Assembly (NCBI GenBank): GCA_047495785.1 | Contig: JBLDXI010000015.1 | Location: 1-64,000 of the forward strand | Length of the DNA: 64,000 bases | Reading direction: 5' to 3' | DNA from: Lepidodermella squamata | Taxonomy: Eukaryota; Animalia; Gastrotricha | Shown here: positions 1 through 13,800 of the stretch, piece by piece | How positions within the stretch are numbered: position 1 is the stretch's first letter | How the letters are laid out: every line of letters starts with the position of its first letter | Notes under the pieces: generated by a model | Databases searched by the model: none | Told to the model about the DNA's origin: nothing | The model's input: only the letters and a program-made list of their open reading frames with translations | Translations under genes and position numbers: made by a program

Positions 1-623
1 CGAGAGTCCGCTTTCGACGACAGCAGGGCTTACGCGACGCGACCCAACATTTGCCGTGAATTACGTTGCCCGCTACCGCTACGGGGAGGCCGTTGTCGCT
101 TGAACAGCAGTCAGCTCCAAGATCTAACAACTCATTTGGGTAATTTTGCCAATATTAGCAGTGTGGAAGTTGAGCTCAGGGGATGGAAGGTTTTAGCGAA
201 CTGAATCGTTCAACCAAACAATGGCTGCAACTCGAAGGCGAGAGAATTGGCCGGTGGTTAGTAGTACGGCCGCGCATGTAGACACTCATGCCGCTGCAAG
301 ATCCAGCCCAAGGGCCAACCGAGGCCGCTACAATGAATCGCTACAATGAACGAGGGCCATTGTGGGCCATTACGGTGATACCTTTCCGCGTTCACGGAAC
401 AGTGTGATGAAATCAACAACATTATAGGTATGATACCATTCTATCAGAATCCTTCCAGATCAAAGAAAAACGAAAATATAAAGGATGGAAGGGATGAAAA
501 AAAAGGCGCGGGCACAAGACGACAAGGCGCTTGTCCGGGACAGTGCGCCACTCAGAACATCGGACGGGCACACACTGAAGTTATCACCAGGAGCGGATTA
601 TCAGACACAGTGAAATACAGTAT

Positions 624-624
624 A

Positions 625-672
<48 letters not shown>
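624..672 (+). repeat. (AAGACAG)7 heptamer microsatellite
   Basis: Seven perfect AAGACAG copies read directly. They explain the spurious RQKTEDR / VFCLLSS ORFs. Confidence 0.95.
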
Positions 673-676
<4 letters not shown>

Positions 677-1223
677 AACATCGTTTCTTTCTATAACAAC
701 CACTAATCCGACTTGAATACGTTTCGATCGATCGTTGCAAAAGTATTCACTCCAGCTGATTCTCTTGAATACAAAACACAATACACCGTCATGATGAAGC
801 AGATGGCGCTGTCGGCGATTTTTCTTTTCCTCTATCACTCAGACTATGTAAGCCAAGTTTTGTCTCATTTCCTTACATTAGGGGAACAAGGGAATCTTTC
901 TTTGGAGGTGAAATGCTGATTCAAATCGTTATTATCCACGGCTTCCTGCACTTCCGAACCACACTCCACCCTACACCCTACAAATGAAAGGATAACAAAA
1001 GCCAAGTTGAGCCCAGCAATCAGCGCTCCATAAGGAGCATTCGCAAAAGGAATGAGCAAAATCAAGTTGTTAACTTGCATGGAAGTTTTTGTGAATACGA
1101 AAAGAAACAACATACCAGATATAAGGAAGTAATTACCGTTGATGAAAATGATCGAAACTGCATCTTTCATTCGTCATTCCATAGATACCATGACTTATCG
1201 AGAGATAAAAATCGTATGACTCC

Positions 1224-3350
1224 ATGACAAGCGATGTGTTCGATGGTACCGTTCAAATTATTCCGATTGGAAACGCGGCTGATTCACCGGCGGCTCACGA
1301 AATCGGCGGATTTCTACTGGGTTTTAGTTTGGGCCGAGTGCCATGCAGGAAGTGTCTAGTTACCCGTCCGGAGCTTTCATCGACTACAGCTGAGCCAGAG
1401 AATCGTACACCTCAGTCGTGTGAAATTGCGATCGACTACATCAACAGCAGTAGAAATTGCACGCAGCGTCGCGAACGGTGAGGCCTTCTTGTTCTAAAAA
1501 TTGTGTTTTTATAATTTAGAAAAAATTTGCTGGATTTTTTTGATAAAATTTCAGTCAAATCCAGATAATTAAAAAATTTAAAGATAATTAAAAAAATTAC
1601 ATCAATTTTTTTCAATTTTTTCAATTTTTTCCAATTTTTTTAAATTTTAAATTTTTTTCAATCGTTATTGTATTTTTTGTATTTTTTAAATAATTAATTT
1701 TCAAAATAAATTTGTAAATAATAAAATCCTTATAAATTTTGAGATTTTTTCATTTGTTGCATTTATAGGCAAACCGAGACGGGGATGAATGGCGGCCATT
1801 GTGCATTTCTTGACGATTCGTTACGAGAGTTATTTCCGAGCTGCCTCCTGTCCGACCTTCTGCACGACCTTTGCGAAGGAGTTTTTCATTATAATTTGTT
1901 GATGCTGCTGGAAATATTAAAGCAAAGTTATGGACTAAATCTAGCTGATTTTAATACTCGAATTAAAAATTTCTGTTGGGACCGTCTGGCGAAGCATGAA
2001 GGCAAGCCTTTAGGAACCGTCAAAGTCGAACCGAAGCATGGTGCAATCACTGTAAACCTCAGCGGCGCCCAGCTTCGTACCATTTGTTATCGCTTGCCGT
2101 TTTTGTTGTGCAATTTTCCGCTGAAAAACTCGGATAAATTTTTCAAATCGAAGCATTGGTCCGTCTTTTTATCTGCCTTGCGATTGGGTGGCTATCTGTT
2201 CTCGCCGTTGTTTTTTGAAAATGATTTAGTCCAATTATCTGTTTTTGTTGATGGTTATATCGACAATCTCGTTTCTTTGTACGGTCCAAATTTTATTCGA
2301 ACCAAGCACCATTTTTCACGCCATTATCGAAGCCAAATCGACGATTACGGCCCGGCTATGTAAGCTACATATTTTGCAAATTTTTTTCATTTTAATATGT
2401 CTAAAAAAATTGAATTTTTCCAAATTAATTATTTTTTTGTTAAAACTGTGGCATCACCATACTCATCTATTACCTAGAAAAGATAACGCAGAAAAGCTCT
2501 TATTTCGTATCAATCTTTCTTTCACTCGTCGGCTATTCAAAATTCTTGATAAAACTTGAAAAAGCTACAAAATTTAGTTAAAATTTTCTATTCCACCAGT
2601 GGGTCTTTGAATAAATTATTCGGAAAAATCATAGAGGCTACTGAGAAAAATATTTTTCGAGTTTAAAGTTTTCGGAAAAAATAATAGCCATGGCCATTAT
2701 TTGATGAAATTACGGTATCCACTTTTATTTTTTCATCGCTTACGGAAATCATTTTTTAATTTTGATAATTTTTTGTTTTCAGATTACATGCGACCTTCAA
2801 ATTCGAGCGCAAGTTCCAAGAGCTGAAAAGGTGCATCACGTCGTTCAAAAATTTGAAGTTGACTATCGCCAATCATGCATCTCATCAAGCTACAGTTTTC
2901 ATCGAAAAGCTAACTGCCGAGCCTCGAATAACCGGCGGCCACTCAATTCCGATCAATAAAGTGAAGATTCCAGCCGGCTTCAAACGGCAATTGAACCTGC
3001 CGCGCCGTATGCATATCTTTCACGAAATTCGTCATATCGGTGCGTTTTTCGCGGCCGGAATGGCAATTTTGCTAAATCCGACTGAAGACTGGTTCGTGGG
3101 CAGTTATCAGCCGAAATTCGCCTCCATTCTCTATATCAGAAAAATCGGTGACAATGACATTGAATTAATTCTGAGGCCATATGCCGATTTCCCTACTTAT
3201 TCCTATAAAATAGGCCAATACGAGTTGAAAAAATCAACCAACCCCACATATTTTGTCAGAAATCCTCGGGACTTGGAATTAAAAAAAGCCTTTGCTGTGA
3301 GTAGATGCAACGAAAAATACTATGTGATATGTGATTCAATCCCAACTTGA
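1224..3350 (+). mobile_element. CACTA/EnSpm (CMC superfamily)-like DDE transposase, spliced, N-terminal part missing or interrupted; exons ~1224-1477, 1769-2359, 2783-3350
   Basis: GT-AG introns 1478-1768 and 2360-2782 join three ORFs in frame. The spliced product has ADSPAAHEIGGF..F...CRKC, DLLHDLCEG and KHHFSRHY..I..YGPAILHATFKFERK, i.e. the D / C(2)C / LH / H(3-4)H / E signature of CMC transposases. There is an in-frame stop just upstream of 1224, and no TIR was identified. Confidence 0.75.
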
Positions 3351-3821
3351 TATTTCTTGTAATAATTTTCTGCTTATTGTGTACTATTAGTCGGTCTTGT
3401 AAATATGTTGTGGTTGATGAAATTTCTAATATTTGTAAAATATCTCAATTGTTTCAATAAAAAGAAAAAATGAGACATTTTGTTTTAAATGGTAAATTTT
3501 AATTATGTTCCTAGTGAAGCAAGAGGAAGGGCGGGTAGGAACGGCAGTAGCTTTTTAGCAGCTATTTAGCTATTGGATTTTTATCTTTTTTCGTCTTTGA
3601 ACCACTGATTGTTACGCAACGAGTGACAGCTGCGGTAAATCAGCTTTCTAGCGACGCCCCACCACTCGATACACAAGCATTTATTTATCCATTCAATATA
3701 AAAAGCCGATGGTTAAATAGCTGAAAAAGCTAAATAAGGGTACGTAGGAAGCATTATTAGCACTCTTGAAGCGATGGCTTTTTATTTGGCTAAAAAGCTA
3801 GATTTTTTTTCTAAAAACGTG

Positions 3822-6800
3822 AAAACGGCTGAAATCGCCGTTGTAGACCCTCGTGCGTATCACCACGATGCAGAATCGTGTCCACCGCGGTAAATCAGCC
3901 ATAGTCATGCATCATTCGATAGTGGCAGCGTTGCCAAACACGTTTGCAGCCGATTGGCGCACATTTCGGATGACCGATATTTCGCTGGCTCGCCGTTTTG
4001 AACCCTTGTGCGTATCACCACGATGCAGAATCGTGCTCCACCGCGGTAAATCAGCCATATTCAGGCATCATTCGATAGTGGCAGCGTTGCCAAACACGTT
4101 TGCAGCCGATTGGCGCACGTTTCGGATGACCGATATTTCGCTGGCAGCCAAAACGGCTGAATTCGCCGTTTTGGACCCTCGTGCGTATCACCACGATGCA
4201 GAATCGTGCTCCACCGCGGTAAATCAGCCATAGTCAGGCATCATTCGATAGTGGCAGCGTTGCCAAACACGTTTGCAGCCGATTGGCGCACATTTCGGAT
4301 GACCGATATTTCGCTGGCAGCCAAAACGGCTGAAATCGCCGTTTTGGACCCTTGTGCGTATCACCACGATGCAGAATCGTGTCCACCGCGGTAAATCAGC
4401 CATAGTCAGGCATCATTCGATAGTGGCAGCGTTGCCAAACACGTTTGCACCCGATTGGCGCACGTTTCGGATGAACGATATTTCGCTAGCAGCCAAAACG
4501 GCTGAAATCGCCGTTGTAGATCCTCGTGCGTATCACCACGATGCAGAATCGTGCTCCACCGCGGTAAATCAGCCATATTCAGGCATCATTCGATAGTGGC
4601 AGCGTTGCCAAACACGTTTGCAGCCGATTGGCGCACATTTCGGATGACCGATATTTCGCTGGCTCGCCGTTTTGAACCCTTGTGCGTATCACCACGATGC
4701 AGAATCGTGTCCACCGCGGTAACTCAGCCATAGTCAGGCATCATTCGATAGTGGCAGCGTTGCCAAACACGTTTGCACCCGATTGGCGCACGTTTCGGAT
4801 GAACGATATTTCGCTGGCAGCCAAAACGGCTGAATTCGCCGTTTTGGACCCTTGTGCGTATCACCACGATGCAGAATCGTGTCCACCGCGGTAAATCAGC
4901 CATATTCAGGCATCATTCGATAGTGGCAGCGTTGCCAAACACGTTTGCAGCCGATTGGCGCACATTTCGGATGACCGATATTTCGCTGGCAGCCAAAACG
5001 GCTGAAATCGCCGTTGTAGACCCTTGTGCGTATCACCACGATGCAGAATCGTGCTCCACCGCGGTAAATCAGCCATATTCAGGCATCATTCGATAGTGGC
5101 AGCGTTGCCAAACACGTTTGCAGCCGATTGGCGCACATTTCGGATGACCGATATTTCGCTGGCAGCCAAAACGGCTGAAATCGCCGTTTTGGACCCTTGT
5201 GCGTATCACCACGATGCAGAATCGTGTCCACCGCGGTAAATCAGCCATAGTCAGGCATCATTCGATAGTGGCAGCGTTGCCAAACACGTTTGCACCCGAT
5301 TGGCGCACGTTTCGGATGAACGATATTTCGCTAGCAGCCAAAACGGCTGAAATCGCCGTTGTAGATCCTCGTGCGTATCACCACGATGCAGAATCGTGCT
5401 CCACCGCGGTAAATCAGCCATATTCAGGCATCATTCGATAGTGGCAGCGTTGCCAAACACGTTTGCAGCCGATTGGCGCACATTTCGGATGACCGATATT
5501 TCGCTGGCTCGCCGTTTTGAACCCTTGTGCGTATCACCACGATGCAGAATCGTGTCCACCGCGGTAACTCAGCCATAGTCAGGCATCATTCGATAGTGGC
5601 AGCGTTGCCAAACACGTTTGCACCCGATTGGCGCACGTTTCGGATGAACGATATTTCGCTGGCAGCCAAAACGGCTGAATTCGCCGTTTTGGACCCTTGT
5701 GCGTATCACCACGATGCAGAATCGTGTCCACCGCGGTAAATCAGCCATATTCAGGCATCATTCGATAGTGGCAGCGTTGCCAAACACGTTTGCAGCCGAT
5801 TGGCGCACATTTCGGATGACCGATATTTCGCTGGCAGCCAAAACGGCTGAAATCGCCGTTGTAGACCCTTGTGCGTATCACCACGATGCAGAATCGTGCT
5901 CCACCGCGGTAAATCAGCCATATTCAGGCATCATTCGATAGTGGCAGCGTTGCCAAACACGTTTGCAGCCGATTGGCGCACATTTCGGATGACCGATATT
6001 TCGCTGGCAGCCAAAACGGCTGAAATCGCCGTTTTGGACCCTCGTGCGTATCACCACGATGCAGAATCGTGCTCCACCGCGGTAAATCAGCCATATTCAG
6101 GCATCATTCGATAATGGCAGCGTTGCCAAACACGTTTGCACCCGATTGGCTCACGTTTCGGATGAACGATATTTCGCTGGCAGCCAAAACGGCTGAATTC
6201 GCCGTTTTGGACCCTAATAGTATCACCACGATGCAGAATCGTGTCCACCGCGGTAAATCAGCCATATTCACGCATCATTCGATAGTGGCAGCGTTGCCAA
6301 ACACGTTTGCAGCCGATTGGCGCACATTTCGGATGACCGATATTTCGCTGGCAGCCAAAACGGCTGAAATCGCCGTTGTAGACCCTTGTGCGTATCACCA
6401 CGATGCAGAATCGTGCTCCACCGCGGTAAATCAGCCATATTCAGGCATCATTCGATAATGGCAGCGTTGCCAAACACGTTTGCAGCCGATTGGCGCACAT
6501 TTCGGATGACCGATATTTCGCTGGCAGCCAAAACGGCTGAAATCGCCGTTTTGGACCCTCGTGCGTATCACCACGATGCAGAATCGTGCTCCACCGCGGT
6601 AAATCAGCCATATTCAGGCATCATTCGATAATGGCAGCGTTGCCAAACACGTTTGCACCCGATTGGCTCACGTTTCGGATGAACGATATTTCGCTGGCAG
6701 CCAAAACGGCTGAATTCGCCGTTTTGGACCCTAATAGTATCACCACGATGCAGAATCGTGTCCACCGCGGTAAATCAGCCATATTCACGCATCATTCGAT

Positions 6801-9800
6801 AGTGGCAGCGTTGCCAAACACGTTTGCAGCCGATTGGCGCACATTTCGGATGACCGATATTTCGCTGCCAGCCAAAACGGCTGAAATCGCCGTTGTAGAC
6901 CCTCGTGCGTATCACCACGATGCAGAATCGTGCTCCACCGCGGTAAATCAGCCATATTCAGGCATCATTCGATAGTGGCAGCGTTGCCAAACACGTTTGC
7001 AGCCGATTGGCGCACATTTCGGATGACCGATATTTCGCTGGCTCGCCGTTTTGAACCCTTGTGCGTATCACCACGATGCAGAATCGTGTCCACCGCGGTA
7101 AATCAGCCATATTCAGGCATCATTCGATAGTGGCAGCGTTGCCAAACACGTTTGCAGCCGATTGGCGCACATTTCGGATGACCGATATTTCGCTGCCAGC
7201 CAAAACGGCTGAAATCGCCGTTGTAGACCCTCGTGCGTATCACCACGATGCAGAATCGTGTCCACCGCGGTAAATCAGCCATAGTCAGGCATCATTCGAT
7301 AGTGGCAGCGTTGCCAAACACGTTTGCAGCCGATTGGCGCACATTTCGGATGACCGATATTTCGCTGCCAGCCAAAACGGCTGAAATCGCCGTTGTAGAC
7401 CCTCGTGCGTATCACCACGATGCAGAATCGTGCTCCACCGCGGTAAATCAGCCATATTCAGGCATCATTCGATAGTGGCAGCGTTGCCAAACACGTTTGC
7501 ACCCGATTGGCGCACGTTTCGGATGAACGATATTTCGCTGCCAGCCAAAACGGCTGAAATCGCCGTTGTAGACCCTCGTGCGTATCACCACGATGCAGAA
7601 TCGTGCTCCACCGCGGTAAATCAGCCATATTCAGGCATCATTCGATAGTGGCAGCGTTGCCAAACACGTTTGCAGCCGATTGGCGCACATTTCGGATGAC
7701 CGATATTTCGCTGGCTCGCCGTTTTGAACCCTTGTGCGTATCACCACGATGCAGAATCGTGTCCACCGCGGTAAATCAGCCATATTCAGGCATCATTCGA
7801 TAGTGGCAGCGTTGCCAAACACGTTTGCAGCCGATTGGCGCACATTTCGGATGACCGATATTTCGCTGGCTCGCCGTTTTGAACCCTTGTGCGTATCACC
7901 ACGATGCAGAATCGTGTCCACCGCGGTAAATCAGCCATAGTCAGGCATCATTCGTTAGTGGCAGCGTTGCCAAACACGTTTGCAGCCGATTGGCGCACAT
8001 TTCGGATGACCGATATTTCGCTGCCAGCCAAAACGGCTGAAATCGCCGTTGTAGACCCTCGTGCGTATCACCACGATGCAGAATCGTGTCCACCGCGGTA
8101 AATCAGCCATAGTCAGGCATCATTCGATAGTGGCAGCGTTGCCAAACACGTTTGCACCCGATTGGCGCACGTTTCGGATGAACGATATTTCGCTGCCAGC
8201 CAAAACGGCTGAAATCGCCGTTGTAGACCCTCGTGCGTATCACCACGATGCAGAATCGTGTCCACCGCGGTAAATCAGCCATAGTCAGGCATCATTCGAT
8301 AGTGGCAGCGTTGCCAAACACGTTTGCAGCCGATTGGCGCACATTTCGGATGACCGATATTTCGCTGCCAGCCAAAACGGCTGAAATCGCCGTTGTAGAC
8401 CCTCGTGCGTATCACCACGATGCAGAATCGTGCTCCACCGCGGTAAATCAGCCATATTCAGGCATCATTCGATAGTGGCAGCGTTGCCAAACACGTTTGC
8501 ACCCGATTGGCGCACGTTTCGGATGAACGATATTTCGCTGGCAGCCAAAACGGCTGAAATCGCCGTTGTAGACCCTTGTGCGTATCACCACGATGCAGAA
8601 TCGTGCTCCACCGCGGTAAATCAGCCATATTCAGGCATCATTCGATAGTGGCAGCGTTGCCAAACACGTTTGCAGCCGATTGGCGCACATTTCGGATGAC
8701 CGATATTTCGCTGGCTCGCCGTTTTGAACCCTTGTGCGTATCACCACGATGCAGAATCGTGTCCACCGCGGTAAATCAGCCATATTCAGGCATCATTCGA
8801 TAGTGGCAGCGTTGCCAAACACGTTTGCAGCCGATTGGCGCACATTTCGGATGACTGATATTTCGCTGGCTCGCCGTTTTGAACCCTTGTGCGTATCACC
8901 ACGATGCAGAATCGTGTCCACCGCGGTAAATCAGCCATAGTCAGGCATCATTCGATAGTGGCAGCGTTGCCAAACACGTTTGCACCCGATTGGCGCACGT
9001 TTCGGATGAACGATATTTCGCTGCCAGCCAAAACGGCTGAAATCGCCGTTGTAGACCCTCGTGCGTATCACCACGATGCAGAATCGTGTCCACCGCGGTA
9101 AATCAGCCATAGTCAGGCATCATTCGATAGTGGCAGCGTTGCCAAACACGTTTGCAGCCGATTGGCGCACATTTCGGATGACCGATATTTCGCTGCCAGC
9201 CAAAACGGCTGAAATCGCCGTTGTAGACCCTCGTGCGTATCACCACGATGCAGAATCGTGCTCCACCGCGGTAAATCAGCCATATTCAGGCATCATTCGA
9301 TAGTGGCAGCGTTGCCAAACACGTTTGCACCCGATTGGCGCACGTTTCGGATGAACGATATTTCGCTGGCAGCCAAAACGGCTGAAATCGCCGTTGTAGA
9401 CCCTTGTGCGTATCACCACGATGCAGAATCGTGCTCCACCGCGGTAAATCAGCCATATTCAGGCATCATTCGATAGTGGCAGCGTTGCCAAACACGTTTG
9501 CAGCCGATTGGCGCACATTTCGGATGACCGATATTTCGCTGCCAGCCAAAACGGCTGAAATCGCCGTTGTAGACCCTCGTGCGTATCACCACGAAGCAGA
9601 ATCGTGTCCACCGCGGTAAATCAGCCATAGTCAGGCATCATTCGATAGTGGCAGCGTTGCCAAACACGTTTGCACCCGATTGGCGCACGTTTCGGATGAA
9701 CGATATTTCGCTGGCAGCCAAAACGGCTGAATTCGCCGTTTTGGACCCTTGTGCGTATCACCACGATGCAGAATCGTGTCCACCGCGGTAAATCAGCCAT

Positions 9801-12800
9801 ATTCAGGCATCATTCGATAGTGGCAGCGTTGCCAAACACGTTTGCAGCCGATTGGCGCACATTTCGGATGACCGATATTTCGCTGGCAGCCAAAACGGCT
9901 GAAATCGCCGTTGTAGACCCTTGTGCGTATCACCACGATGCAGAATCGTGCTCCACCGCGGTAAATCAGCCATATTCAGGCATCATTCGATAGTGGCAGC
10001 GTTGCCAAACACGTTTGCAGCCGATTGGCGCACGTTTCGGATGAACGATATTTCGCTGGCAGCCAAAACGGCTGAAATCGCCGTTGTAGACCCTTGTGCG
10101 TATCACCACGATGCAGAATCGTGTCCACCGCGGTAAATCAGCCATAGTCAGGCATCATTCGATAGTGGCAGCGTTGCCAAACACGTTTGCAGCCGATTGG
10201 CGCACGTTTCGGATGAACGATATTTCGCTGCCAGCCAAAACGGCTGAAATGGCCGTTGTAGACCCTCGTGCGTATCACCACGATGCAGAATCGTGCTCCA
10301 CCGCGGTAAATCAGCCATATTCAGGCATCATTCGATAGTGGCAGCGTTGCCAAACACGTTTGCAGCCGATTGGCGCACATTTCGGATGACCGATATTTCG
10401 CTGCCAGCCAAAACGGCTGAAATCGCCGTTGTAGACCCTCGTGCGTATCACCACGATGCAGAATCGTGCTCCACCGCGGTAAATCAGCCATAGTCAGGCA
10501 TCATTCGATAGTGGCAGCGTTGCCAAACACGTTTGCAGCCGATTGGCGCACATTTCGGATGACCGATATTTCGCTGCCAGCCAAAACGGCTGAAATCGCC
10601 GTTGTAGACCCTCGTGCGTATCACCACGATGCAGAATCGTGTCCACCGCGGTAAATCAGCCATAGTCAGGCATCATTCGATAGTGGCAGCGTTGCCAAAC
10701 ACGTTTGCAGCCGATTGGCGCACGTTTCGGATGAACGATATTTCGCTGCCAGCCAAAACGGCTGAAATGGCCGTTGTAGACCCTCGTGCGTATCACCACG
10801 ATGCAGAATCGTGCTCCACCGCGGTAAATCAGCCATATTCAGGCATCATTCGATAGTGGCAGCGTTGCCAAACACGTTTGCAGCCGATTGGCGCACATTT
10901 CGGATGACCGATATTTCGCTGCCAGCCAAAACGGCTGAAATCGCCGTTGTAGACCCTCGTGCGTATCACCACGATGCAGAATCGTGTCCACCGCGGTAAA
11001 TCAGCCATAGTCAGGCATCATTCGATAGTGGCAGCGTTGCCAAACACGTTTGCAGCCGATTGGCGCACATTTCGGATGACCGATATTTCGCTGCCAGCCA
11101 AAACGGCTGAAATCGCCGTTGTAGACCCTCGTGCGTATCACCACGATGCAGAATCGTGTCCACCGCGGTAAATCAGCCATAGTCAGGCATCATTCGATAG
11201 TGGCAGCGTTGCCAAACACGTTTGCAGCCGATTGGCGCACGTTTCGGATGAACGATATTTCGCTGCCAGCCAAAACGGCTGAAATGGCCGTTGTAGACCC
11301 TCGTGCGTATCACCACGATGCAGAATCGTGCTCCACCGCGGTAAATCAGCCATATTCAGGCATCATTCGATAGTGGCAGCGTTGCCAAACACGTTTGCAG
11401 CCGATTGGCGCACATTTCGGATGACCGATATTTCGCTGCCAGCCAAAACGGCTGAAATCGCCGTTGTAGACCCTCGTGCGTATCACCACGATGCAGAATC
11501 GTGCTCCACCGCGGTAAATCAGCCATAGTCAGGCATCATTCGATAGTGGCAGCGTTGCCAAACACGTTTGCAGCCGATTGGCGCACATTTCGGATGACCG
11601 ATATTTCGCTGCCAGCCAAAACGGCTGAAATCGCCGTTGTAGACCCTCGTGCGTATCACCACGATGCAGAATCGTGTCCACCGCGGTAAATCAGCCATAT
11701 TCAGGCATCATTCGATAGTGGCAGCGTTGCCAAACACGTTTGCAGCCGATTGGCGCACATTTCGGATGACCGATATTTCGCTGGCAGCCAAAACGGCTGA
11801 AATCGCCGTTGTAGACCCTCGTGCGTATCACCACGATGCAGAATCGTGTCCACCGCGGTAAATCAGCCATAGTCAGGCATCATTCGATAGTGGCAGCGTT
11901 GCCAAACACGTTTGCAGCCGATTGGCGCACGTTTCGGATGAACGATATTTCGCTGCCAGCCAAAACGGCTGAAATGGCCGTTGTAGACCCTCGTGCGTAT
12001 CACCACGATGCAGAATCGTGTCCACCGCGGTAAATCAGCCATAGTCAGGCATCATTCGATAGTGGCAGCGTTGCCAAACACGTTTGCAGCCGATTGGCGC
12101 ACATTTCGGATGACCGATATTTCGCTGCCAGCCAAAACGGCTGAAATCGCCGTTGTAGACCCTCGTGCGTATCACCACGATGCAGAATCGTGCTCCACCG
12201 CGGTAAATCAGCCATATTCAGGCATCATTCGATAGTGGCAGCGTTGCCAAACACGTTTGCACCCGATTGGCGCACGTTTCGGATGAACGATATTTCGCTG
12301 CCAGCCAAAACGGCTGAAATCGCCGTTGTAGACCCTTGTGCGTATCACCACGATGCAGAATCGTGTCCACCGCGGTAAATCAGCCATAGTCAGGCATCAT
12401 TCGATAGTGGCAGCGTTGCCAAACACGTTTGCAGCCGATTGGCGCACGTTTCGGATGAACGATATTTCGCTGGCAGCCAAAACGGCTGAAATCGCCGTTG
12501 TAGACCCTCGTGCGTATCACCACGATGCAGAATCGTGTCCACCGCGGTAAATCAGCCATAGTCAGGCATCATTCGATAGTGGCAGCGTTGCCAAACACGT
12601 TTGCAGCCGATTGGCGCACATTTCGGATGACCGATATTTCGCTGCCAGCCAAAACGGCTGAAATCGCCGTTGTAGACCCTCGTGCGTATCACCACGATGC
12701 AGAATCGTGCTCCACCGCGGTAAATCAGCCATATTCATGCATCATTCGATAGTGGCAGCGTTGCCAAACACGTTTGCAGCCGATTGGCGCACATTTCGGA

Positions 12801-13649
12801 TGACCGATATTTCGCTGCCAGCCAAAACGGCTGAAATCGCCGTTGTAGACCCTCGTGCGTATCACCACGATGCAGAATCGTGCTCCACCGCGGTAAATCA
12901 GCCATATTCAGGCATCATTCCGTTGTAGACCCTTGTGCGTATCACCACGATGCAGAATCGTGCTCCACCGCGGTAAATCAGCCATATTCAGGCATCATTC
13001 GATAGTGGCAGCGTTGCCAAACACGTTTGCAGCCGATTGGCGCACATTTCGGATGACCGATATTTCGCTGGCAGCCAAAACGGCTGAAATCGCCGTTGTA
13101 GACCCTCGTGCGTATCACCACGATGCAGAATCGTGTCCACCGCGGTAAATCAGCCATAGTCAGGCATCATTCGATAGTGGCAGCGTTGCCAAACACGTTT
13201 GCAGCCGATTGGCGCACGTTTCGGATGAACGATATTTCGCTGCCAGCCAAAACGGCTGAAATCGCCGTGGTAGACCCTCGTGCGTATCACCACGATGCAG
13301 AATCGTGTCCACCGCGGTAAATCAGCCATAGTCAGGCATCATTCGATAGTGGCAGCGTTGCCAAACACGTTTGCAGCCGATTGGCGCACATTTCGGATGA
13401 CCGATATTTCGCTGCCAGCCAAAACGGCTGAAATCGCCGTTGTAGACCCTTGTGCGTATCACCACGATGCAGAATCGTGCTCCACCGCGGTAAATCAGCC
13501 ATATTCAGGCATCATTCGATAGTGGCAGCGTTGCCAAACACGTTTGCAGCCGATTGGCGCACATTCCGGATGACCGATATTTCGCTGGCAGCCAAAACGG
13601 CTGAAATCGCCGTTTTGGACCCTCGTGCGTATCACCACGATGCAGAATC
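3822..13649. repeat. Tandem satellite array, ~57-58 units of 172/173 bp with 155-bp deletion variants and local higher-order repeats
   Basis: The unit AAAACGGCTGAAATCGCCGTTGTAGACCCTCGTGCGTATCACCACGATGCAGAATCGTG...TTTCGCTGGCAGCC repeats head-to-tail. ORF-track starts recur at 172/173/155 spacing. One unit has a large internal deletion at ~12920. Confidence 0.98.
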
Positions 13650-13800
13650 AATTCAATTCATATTGAGCATTTTCCTGATCTAATAACACGTTATACTCTC
13701 TGTCGCACCATCTTAAAATAATTATATTATTGTATTAATTGGTTCACAGTTAGCGACCTGCGTGCCTTCTTGAGAATTTTATTTTCAATTTGAATATCAC

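Noticed and set aside
3822-4000. Satellite-encoded hammerhead ribozyme
   Set aside because: No CUGANGA core was found on either strand of the consensus unit.
3822-13649. CRISPR-like or guide-RNA array next to a nuclease-like gene
   Set aside because: There are no unique spacers; units differ only at a few biallelic sites. The context is eukaryotic with no cas-like gene.
3853-13683. Dozens of 60-130 aa ORFs (MRITTMQNRVHRGK...)
   Set aside because: These are translations of the satellite. Unit lengths of 172/173/155 are not multiples of 3, and most starts are non-ATG.
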